From Octopus sinensis (lineage: Eukaryota): a stretch of 64,000 nucleotides of DNA. The stretch's first letter is position 1, and the number at the start of each line of letters is the position of its first letter. The stretch is taken from contig NC_043005.1 of assembly GCF_006345805.1 (NCBI RefSeq), forward strand, positions 4,154,001-4,218,000, written 5' to 3'. Below the pieces are notes generated by a model that saw nothing but the letters and a program-made list of their open reading frames with translations, had not been told where the DNA came from and ran no database searches. Made by a program: the position numbers and the translations under genes. Of the stretch, positions 11,306 to 21,374 are shown in pieces.

Positions 11306-11511
11306 TGCCTTTAAACCAGCCATATCCTGCTTAAATATCCTACTCGTTTTATATTTAAACTGATCAGATCCAGCCTCTCACTCCTACCCTGCAATGCCAT
11401 TTGAAAGATAAACAATCACATCAGTGAAATGTCAAAGCCATGATTAATTGAAAACAATCTGAATAAATAAGCATTACATGTGACAGTGTAATCCATATGT
11501 TAAAGGGTTAA
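11306..11511. mobile_element. TTAA-terminated MITE-like element (piggyBac-like end)
   Basis: Ends aaagggTTAA. It is the reverse-complement relative of 61487-61684. A related TTAACCCTTT-ended family lies near 49130, 55640-55863 and 62260-62608. Confidence 0.6.
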
Positions 11512-12969
11512 ATTCATCATCATCATCGTTTAACCTTCTCCTTCCATACTGACATGGATGGGACGGTTTGACAAGAGCCAGCCAGGCAGAAGCCTGCACC
11601 AGACTTCTGCAACTGTTTTGGCAGGATTTTTACAGCTGGATACCCTTCCTAACACGACTCAGCAGAGTGGACTGTAACTTAGTGGTTCAACAAAAGAGGC
11701 TAATAGAATAATTACTAGTGCTTTTTAGATGGCACAAACACAGGCAAGGTCAGTGTTGGTAAGGTTTTTATAGCTGGATGCCCTTTCAAATACCAACCAC
11801 TTTACAGTGTGGACCGGGTGCTTTTAAGTGGCACCTGCACCTTTCATTGTTGCTTAACTCCAGGTGAGACCTCATCCAACAGACCTATGACTAAAGGTGA
11901 GCTATTCTTCAGGCTGTACATCTGTTTTCATTTAAGATGTAAGGAGTGTGTGTGTGTGATTTGAGGTAAAGTCGTCAGGTTTTTCAAGCAGGTCGAAGTC
12001 GGTTCGTCAGACAAATGTTGGGTTTGGTTGGTATGTTCCTTTCTCTAAGGTGTGGTTCTTTAAACAGTAAATCAGGAAAAGTAATATAGATATGTTTTGA
12101 TAGGTAAACCAGTATTTTAGAAATTTCATCTGAAAACGCTGTAAAGCTGTTATACATACATGAGCATGTGTGTGTATGTATATAAACATAGATGTATATG
12201 TATGTATGTATATATAACATATATATATACCTATGTGTGTGTATGTAAGATATATATACATATATATATTCACATATGCATTACATCCATATACAAACAT
12301 AGAGATGAGTGTATATATGTATATACACACATACATGGATATATATATATAACACACACATGCATGTGTATTTTTCCTTTTCCTCTTTCTTCACCCTATC
12401 TGTTTACGCTTCCTTTACCGTTTCTGCTGCTGTTACTTCTACAATACTTATCCTTGATGTTGTTGTTTTCCTTGTTCTTGTTCTTGCTGTTATGTTATTC
12501 ATGTTGTTGTCAGTCTTGTTCTTCTTGTTGATTTAATTTCTATTTCTTCATCATCTTTTCCATCCTCATCATCTTCTCCACCTCCTCTTCCTTCTAAAAA
12601 TTTGTTTTGATACTTAAGCCAATGTTTAAGAGAAACTCTTCTGAATGGTATAATGCTGTAATGTATCTTACCCCTTTCCCATAACCTGTTTATTATTATT
12701 ATTATTATTATTATTATTTTCACTTTTTATTTTACATATTGCTCTGGCTTATCTTTTTGGTGTTGTTATTATTAATAGTACTTCTTGTTCGTGCTTTTTT
12801 CCCCCCACCATTCATTTTATATTACTTACTTAGTGTTTTTGTTTTTATGTTCTCCATGTACTATTCAACAAAAAACAATAAAAAGAAAAGGAAGAAATTG
12901 TATATTTTCAGAGCAACCAATGAGTAACTTCAAGAACACACCTACAAAATCAGTTTTCAATGTTTTCTG

Positions 12970-14130
12970 TAGGTATTTGTTATCCTTAGGGCAGTGGATT
13001 GCAAGAATAAGATAGACTGCCCAAGCAAATGTTTTGTAATATCAAGTTACATTCTTTCAAGTTCTGAGATCAAATCTCACCAAAGTTGATTTGTAACTTT
13101 CATTATTCAGTTGTGAAGCAGTGAGCTGGCAGAATTGTTAGCACGCTGGACGAAATGCTTAGCGGTATTTCGTCTGCCGCTACGTTCTGAGTTCAAATTC
13201 TGCCGAGGTCAACTTTACCTTTTACTCTTTCAAGGTCGATAACTTACGTATCAGGTGAGTACTGGGGTCGATGTAATCGACTGGCCCCCTCCTCGAAATT
13301 TCAGGCTTTGTGCCTATAATATAAAGGATTATCTGAGAGTTTTAAAATAATCACTAGTCAAGCACTGGATTGATACATTTGGCTATTCCTTCTTCCAAAT
13401 TTATAACATCTAAGTTATTCATCAATTTTAGTTATCCTTAGGGCGGCAAGTTGGCAGAATCGTTAGCACGCCAGGTGAAATGGTTAATGGTATTTCGTCT
13501 GTTGTTACGTTCTGAGTTCAAGTTCCGCCAAGGTTGACTTTGCCTTTCATCCTTTCGAGGTCAATTAAATAAGTACCAGTTACGCACTGGGGTCGATGTA
13601 ATCAACTTAATCCCCTTGTCCTTATTTGTCCCCTCTTTGTTTAGCCCCCTGTGGACAATAGAGAAATAAATATTAGTTACCCTTGAAGACAGTAAGCTGG
13701 CAGAATTGTTAGCACGCTAGGCAAAATGCTTAGCAGCATTTTGTCTATCATTATGTTCAGAGTTCAAATCCCGCCAATGTCCACTTTTCCTTTCATCTTT
13801 TCAGGGTTGATAAAATAAGTACTGGAGTCAGTGTAATCAACTTACCCCCTCCCCTAAACTGGCTGGCCTTGTGTCAAAATTTCAAATCATTATCAGTTAT
13901 CCTTTAGCTGCCAGAATTGTTAGGATGCTGAGCAAAATGCTTGGCGACATTTATTCTGTCTTTACATTCTGAGTTAAAACTCCAAGTGGTCACTTTGCCT
14001 TTCATCCTTTTGTAGTTCACAAGTACCAACTGAGCACTGGGGTCGATGTAATAGACTTATCCCTCCCCCGAATTGTCTGGCCTTGTGCCAAAATTTGAAA
14101 TCAATATTAGTCATCCTTTAGGGCCTCGGT
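12970..14130 (+). mobile_element. Tandem array of about 5 tRNA-derived SINE units
   Basis: SINE heads near 13116, 13440, 13686 and 13905. A gttatcctt-like linker recurs near 12978, 13431, 13676, 13897 and 14110. Confidence 0.8.
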
Positions 14131-14493
14131 GGAATTGGTAGAGCACAGGACCAAAAGACTTGAGGGGTCTCGCTTGTGTCTCTTCTGCCATGCTTGACAA
14201 ATTTTATCTTTCTGAGCTAGAAAATTAAAGCTAATCAAGAATTGTTGTCCCTCAGCTTCCATGGTTTCCCTTTAGCACGATTTTGGTTTGGGTCTTTTTT
14301 TGTTTCAGTCATTTGACTGCGGCCATACTGGAGTATCGCCTTTAGTCGCGTAAATCGATCCCAGGATTTGTTCTTTGCAAACCTAGTACTTTTATCGGTA
14401 TCTCTGCCAAACCTCTAAGTTACCGGGACCTAAACACACTAACATCGGTTGGGAAGCAATGGTGGGAGGACACACACAGACACACAAACATAT

Positions 14494-14937
14494 GTTAGTT
14501 AGTTAGTTAGTTAATTTGGCTCAAAAGCAAATAGCAAGGCCATGTAGGGGGACATGGAGTTAAGTACAGGGTGGTGTTCATGTAAAGAGTTCAGGCCACT
14601 TGAGGTCCAGGGAGGCTTTGAACAAAGCGGTCGTCGGCATCTTGACCATCTCGTCTGGCAGCTTGTTCCACGGATCCGCAACCCGGACGGAGAAAGCTCC
14701 TCTCCTTCGATTGAGATGAAATCGTCGCAGGTAGAGCTTTTCGGAATGACCCCGCAGCCGACGCTCTGGAGCAGGAGTGAAGAACAGCTCTTTCGAGAGG
14801 TTACACTTTCCGCTTATGATGTTGTGGGCGAGAATGAGATCACCACAGCGGCGGCGTTTTTCAAGAGAATAAAGGTCGAGCGTCCTCAGCCTTTCTTCGT
14901 AGGACAAATTTTTGAGACCATGAACCATGAACCATGG
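14494..14937 (-). mobile_element. 5'-truncated CR1/L2-type LINE 3' end with a (TAAC)n tail
   Basis: Uninterrupted frame LSYEERLRTLDLYSLEKRRRCGDLI...LRGHSEKL...FSVRVADPWNKLP...FKASLD. The (gtta)n tail is at 14494-14514. Confidence 0.92.
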
Positions 14938-15074
14938 CATTCTTTCGATATGAGTCCCATTTACATCACGTGTATTTGTTTACATTTGAAGAAGATCGTC
15001 ACTTTCCGTAAAATTTTATTTTTTTATATATGTGGGTTAGGGTTATGGTTAAGGGTGGAGGAAGAGTATCTTTT

Positions 15075-15752
15075 GGCGATCTTTCGTTTGTAGTAGCACG
15101 TTTCCGTCGATGATTTCCGTAAAAAACTTTTATTTTTTTACATATGGGCTTGCGGGAACATTTGAAGTAATGAGAGCGAAAGAGACTAAGAGAAAGCGAT
15201 TTTATGACGAGGGAATTTCTTTTGAAGTTACCGAAGCATTGATGTACATGTGCGTGTGTGTTTGATGGGGTGTGGGAGACAGACAGTATGTTGTGTAAGT
15301 GAAGTGCTTCTGTTAGTGTGTGTGAAGAGACAGAGAGAGTAATGTGTGAAAGAGAAAGAACTGACATTTTTTACTCGGTGTATGTGTATATGTATGTATG
15401 CATGTATGTGTGTGTGTGTATGTATCTATGTATGTGTGTGTGTATGTATCTATGTATGTGTGTATGTATGTATGTATGTATGGCCGATTCAGTGTACACT
15501 GAATCGGCCATACATACATAGATACATACACACATACATACACACACACATACATAGATACATACATACACACACACATGTACATCAATGCTTCGGTAAC
15601 TTCAAAAGAAATTCCCTCGTCATACAATCGCTTTCTCTTAGTCTCTTTCGCTCTCATTATTTCAAATGTTCCCGCAAGCCCATATGTAAAAAAATTAAAG
15701 TTTTTTACGGAAATCATCGACGGAAACGTGCTACTACAAACGAAAGATCGCC
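15075..15752. repeat. Long foldback: ~185-bp outer arms plus a central loopless palindrome
   Basis: 15075-15260 is the inverted copy of about 15565-15752. The palindrome tatgtatgtatggccgattcagtgt|acactgaatcggccatacatacata is centred at 15495/15496. Confidence 0.88.
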
Positions 15753-16079
15753 CTTTAAGATAAATGAATTTTTCATTAATTATACTCATTAATTTTATTT
15801 TAGCAATTTACATGATGAAGGTCGATAAGTTATCAACGATTCCAGAAGAGATCAATGATATAAGAAATGTGCCGACCCCTGGTTTTAGATTGTGTAGTCC
15901 TAGATAACCGCAGCTAGAAACAGCTACCAAATCTCCTTCAATTTAAAGAACTTGAAGAAAATAAAAATGCTAAAGTATTATCAAACTGTTTCGATGTGAA
16001 TAATTTCAATTCGTTTGTATACATCTTGTAAACATGTAGCCCCAACCAGTTGATTGTAGGCACACCTACACAACTGTGG

Positions 16080-16830
16080 CCCTCCACCCATCGACTTTGT
16101 TTCCTCATAACTTCCAGAACAAATGGATATTTTTTAAAAATTAGATTTTCTAATACGCTTTAGATTGTGTAGATTCTGATTATATCGAAATTTGTGGTGA
16201 AAAATCTTTTCCGGGGATGGAATGAGGACTTTCGGAAAATTCACACGACTCGGCTTAAAACTTTCAGAAAAATGGATAATGTTTTAATGGAATTTTTCTA
16301 TAAATACCTTTCAAAGAGTGTAGATTACGATGGTGAAGGTAAAGAATACGCACACCCAGTGTTTAGGGATTAGGATTACGCCGAAAACGGGTGGTTGCGT
16401 ATTCTTTACCTCCGCCGATTACGATTACATCAGAATTTAATTTGGGGGGGGGGGGGGAAATATGGCGAGTTCGCACGCAGACGACACACTTTACATATAT
16501 TTAATAAAACGGAACTTGAAATTTCGAGGAAGAAAATTGTGATATGTATCAGTATGTATGTGTGTCTGAGTGCAGCATTTAAAAATTTTGTTTTTCATAT
16601 TAAATTCTGATAGAAATCGTAATCTGAAATTTCATTGAAAAATACCCGTTTTTATGAAAGATGAGGAAACAAGGCTGCCTCGTGTGAATCTTCCGAAACT
16701 TCCCATTCCACCTTTGGAAAAAAAAATTGTAATCTGCACCATCTAAAGCATATTTTGAGAAAATTTCATTGAAAAAAAATCTCATTTTTCTAAAAGTTAT
16801 GAAGAAATAAAGTCGGAGGCGCGGACACAT
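16080..16830. mobile_element. MITE-like element with imperfect terminal inverted repeats
   Basis: cgactttgtttcctcataact (~16092) versus agttatgaagaaataaagtcg (~16795), two mismatches. Related sequences lie at 42880-43330, 43490-43960 and 39060-39330. Confidence 0.6.
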
Positions 16831-16899
16831 TTATGAATGTCAAAGGCTCTAAGTATGTCAAAGGCTTTCAGTAAAGACATTAGAAACCTGCAAAGAAGA

Positions 16900-17470
16900 A
16901 AGATCATGTCGAAAGGGTTTACTCAAATCGAAAACATCTAAATAAAAAAGCAAGAAAGGTTTTGATTCTTTTAGGGCCTTGAAAAGGATTAAAAAGCGAG
17001 CAAATTTAACAAGTCTTAAAAGACCCACCAATGGCGATTGTGAAGGCAGGTTGAAGACATCATTTAATATAGCAAAGGAAACTCATATACTATTGGCGAG
17101 GATATTATTATACCAAGCTATTAGGGATATTTAAAAAAATGTGAAAAATGCTCTCGAACTGCTTACCTTGAAATGAAAGGAGAGTGAGTGGACATATCAA
17201 TGAAGTGTTCGCTGATGCGGGGAAAACTTTGGGGCTCAGTGCTTCAGCATTTCAAGTTTTTTATCCAATTCGATGAGTTAATATTCGGTAATTTAAATAT
17301 TTTCATGGCCTATGAGAGGTACAATAGTGTTCTGTTGATGAATTTTTGTTTGCCAATTAACTTAAAGTTGATCCCATAAGGATATTTAAGAATATTAAGT
17401 GCAATGTCTACGGACGATGTCACCAGGTTGGTCGTTGCAGAGGAATAGCTTGGTTGTTCAAGAAAAAGAA
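16900..17470 (+). pseudogene. Decayed hAT (Buster/Charlie-like) transposase fragment
   Basis: The frameshifted peptides NIAK..SYTIGEDIIIP and LQHFKFFIQFDELIFGNLNIFMAYERY resemble the Buster-type motifs IAK..KPHTIGE.LI.P and F.IQ.DE......MAY.RY. Confidence 0.65.
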
Positions 17471-20129
17471 GGGGGGGGGCGGACTTCGGAATAGTTCTCA
17501 AGAAAAGCGTGAAATTTTTTGTTTGTCTTTTCTTTTTTGCGCTATTTGTCGGTCATTTTATGATATCCCACATCTTAAAACGTAATTCCCATTAATTTTT
17601 TTTCCAAATGACTGTTTAGCAAGTTTCGCAACCCGGATCTCCTCGTGGCGCCTTCGGAACAGTTGACACGATTAAAATAAATTATTCAAGTTTTAGAAAT
17701 TTCGTAACTGCCGCATCCCCATCTTATTACAACTTCCAGACCTTTCACAATGTTAATATTTGGTCATATACTTGAAACTATCATTCTTCACAAAAAAATC
17801 TTCAAAATATCCTTTTTTTAAATACCTTTCCTACCGCCCCTCCATCACCCTTTTCCCGTTTCTTTCCTCATTTTAATTTTTTTTAAATTTCTTCTGACTT
17901 TCGTCCCATTCTATAAATCTTTTGTTTTTCTCCATGACACAAACATTAAATGAATTTATTAGGCCGCTCATGATCGTTGGAGCTGCTAAGCATAACAGTT
18001 GAACCATATCTTTTATATTTTACTTGGTTCAGTTATTTGACTGCGGCCATGTTGGAACACCGTCTTAAAGGATTTTAGTCGACCAAATCGACCCTTTTTT
18101 TTATAAAGCCTAGTACTTATTACTGGCATTGCATAACAGATGAGCTCATTGATATGTGTATTCAGCGATGGATTATCCATTAAGCAAAATAAGCTCGAGC
18201 TTCGGGCATCAAGGGAAAGGCGGGGAGCACAAGAGAACTGGTAAATGGTTTGTGGCACAAAAGAAATCACTTTAACCGTGCTAAAATAAAATTCGAAGTG
18301 GTTTCTATGATTGACAATATAATATCAGTGTTCATAGTGTCGTGGTAAGGGCCTGGTCAAAGTATTTTCAATTAAAGAAAGTAGGAGAAAACTTTTCAAA
18401 TGGAAATAAAGTGGAGATATACATAAATAATCATTATTTTCCATCTTAAATGTTAGTTTTGTTTCATTTTATGGTTTAATATTGTTTATATTTTGAATTA
18501 CAAATATTTGGGGTTCACCAAAATCTTTTAAGTGCGTAGGGCTTAATCCGGCCCAATGTGTATGGATCTTGAAGCTAAATTCTTATCGAAAAACAAAAGT
18601 GCAGCAGTTGAGCAGAATTTATTTACATTTTCAAGTTCAAAAATAGTTAAAGCTGGTTTTAGCCATGAAAATTTGCTTTAAACGAAGGAGATAAATGGAA
18701 TGAATTTGGAAGTATGCGGTAATTTAAGCTAAAACTCACTAATTCCCAGCCAAATGTCAGCGTAATTAGCTTAATATTCACCAAACGCACTTCACATCAA
18801 ATATTCCATGTCAATATAACTTCACTGAAGTTCTTTATCAGCTTCGTTAATTATTTTCGATATATTTTAATATTTCCTCGTAAAAACTGGCAATGACATA
18901 ACAGAACGAAGGAATTGTTTTTAAATCAAGTAATTTTTTTTATTAATTATACTTTTTACTTTTATTTTGGAAATCTACATGACGCGGGTCCATTATTTAT
19001 CATTGACCTCTAGAATCGACCAATTCCAGAGGTCAATGATACAAGTTTGCTGATCTCTGCATTACATGATGTAGCTCTAGAAAGCCGTGGCTAGAAATAG
19101 TAGCCAAATCTCCACTGAATTACACTCGACTATCTTCAAAAAAGAAACAGAAGGATATATTACATATAGTAAAACTAGATTACCGAGGCAATATTTCCCT
19201 TAAAGGACAACCTACTGTCTTAAAAAGAAGAAGGACATTAGATCATGTAATCCTAGATAACATACGCGCTGGCACACGCACGCACGCACAGACGCACACA
19301 CACACACACACACACACAAAGAAGGGATTGTTAAGTGGCTGAAACATCTTTGATCACAGGTCTACTGTTCATGGCTGGCCTTGCAACAGTATCCCCAAAG
19401 TATTTTATCCTCTTCTGTTTTCCTTTTATTCCCGAAACACGTCTTCAACAGTTTTTCCTGTTCTCGAAATACGATGTGAAACGGCTTTCAAGTGAGGAAG
19501 GAAACATCTCTCGGAAGCCATTTCCGAGTATTTCTTGCCTCCCTACTTGTTCAATGAGCACCTTTTTGCATTGACGTTTTTGCTTTAGAATATGATTAAA
19601 TATTAGAGACAACGAATTGGTTAAAAGTCTTTTGAGAATCTTGCAGTATTTCTGTTTGAGTAACTGAACTTAGAACAGCAAGCCAACTAACCACTGGCCA
19701 ACGGGAGCTTCTAAGTGGTCATTCAACCAGCAATAACAGTTAAAAATAGCAGTCAAATCTCCTTCAAATTACACCACCGCCAGCTTAAAAGGCAATACAC
19801 TAAATAATGTAATCGTGGGTGCTTCCACTTAGTAAAAAAATGGGAGGGTCACAAATGGAACGTTTTTGAGCATTGGTCTGCTGGATCAAAGTTAACTTAG
19901 GGCTAAAACAACAATAATTCGGCACTACTTAAATACAGTGGTCCCGATTCTTCTACATAACGATGTTTTACAGTGCACACTCGTTAGGGGGTTGGGATTA
20001 GGGTTAGTTTTAGGGTTACTTACTTAGAAGTTAGGGAGCATAAGTCTTAACAGCTAAATGTTTGGACCACAGATGATCAGTTCTAGTAATATCATTCGAA
20101 CCATCGACGCCTCAATCCAGGTATTGACC

Positions 20130-20452
20130 AATTTCACCTAGAACTCCATCGGTTACGACGACGAGGGTTCCAGTCGATCCGATCAACGGAATAGCCTGCT
20201 CGTGGAATTAACGTACAAGTGGATGAGTATTCCACAGGCATGTGTGCTCTTAACGTAGTTCTAAGGGAGATTCAGCGTGACACTGAGTGTGACAAGGCCG
20301 GCCCTTTGAAATACGGGCATAACTCGTTTTTGCCAGCTGAGTGGACTGAAAGAACGTGAAATAAAGCATCTTGCTCAAGGACACAATGCACCATCAGGAA
20401 TCGAACTCACGATCTCGCGATCATGAACCGAATGCCCCTAACCACTAAGCCA
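20130..20452 (-). mobile_element. tRNA-derived SINE with a CORE-like central motif
   Basis: Minus-strand head gtggcttagtggttagggc...gagttcgattcc, then tgtgtccttgagcaagatgc. A plus-strand relative lies at 55218-55545. Confidence 0.75.
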
Positions 20453-21374
20453 CTAAGTGATCCAAATTGTCTCTGGGTGTTGGAATAGTTTCCATACACA
20501 ATAATATGGTGAACGTTTTTTTTCTTGAATTAACTCCCTTTTGTCCTCGACGGCGCTATATCGAATATGAGCCAACAAGGAAACCTCCATGTGGTCATTC
20601 GATCTGCAAGAAACAGCAGCTAAGCATAGCTCATATTATTCCCCATCGTCGTCATTTTCGTCATCGTCATTATCGTCGTCAACACCACCACCATCATCAT
20701 CTGTTTCCTACAATATGATTTCCAGCTTAGACACAAAGCCTGCAATTTTAAGTTCCTGATAATAAGATAGCTGGGTAACATGTGTCCTTGAGCAAGACAC
20801 TTCATTTCACATTGAACCAATCTACTCAGCTGTTACAAGTATCAGCCAACTACTGAAGCAACCGTCTCTCTTTCTCTCTCCTTTCCTCTCTCCCGTGATA
20901 TTTTGCTGGGTCAAGTATGAGGGGTTTGAGTGACTACATGATACATATTACCCACTTATATTCACATACCAATGATATCTGCTTGTAAATTTTCCTTCAA
21001 ATGTGCTGACTCTTTCCAAAACTGGGATTCGTTTTTGGCAAAATAGAATTGTACTGACTTCTAAAACACTATCATCTGCAAGCTAAATATAATATTAGTA
21101 AAAACGATTCCAAAACATTGTTGATAAAAATGTTAATGCAGAGTTTTGTCTATAAATACAGATTTCTAACAAGGTTAACCGTTTTGAGAGAGGAATAGTA
21201 AAGTACAGTCACCACTACTTGTGAGCGAATTCCGTTTTGATAACAAGTGTTATGCTTTTATTTGTAGCAGGAATGTGTAGCAATCAAACTGGGACCACTA
21301 TATCCATTGCAAAAACAGCAATTCAAGAATACAATTGTGATTTGCTAGAATATTACCAACACCATCAAAGAATC

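Noticed and set aside
14118-14170. tRNA-like A box (also a B-box-like gttcgaaccc near 41830)
   Set aside because: No cloverleaf can be folded. All tRNA-like sequences in the window are SINE heads or remnants.
15030-15060. TTAGGG-like motifs here and at about 19985-20015
   Set aside because: Only a few degenerate units embedded in interspersed repeats, so not telomeric arrays.
14554-15093. 179-aa plus-strand ORF
   Set aside because: It is the antisense frame of the CR1 fragment extended into an unrelated repeat.
18998-19041. 14-bp stem hairpin tatcattgacctct/agaggtcaatgata
   Set aside because: It sits at the start of what looks like a common interspersed repeat and is short for a pre-miRNA. 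No independent support.
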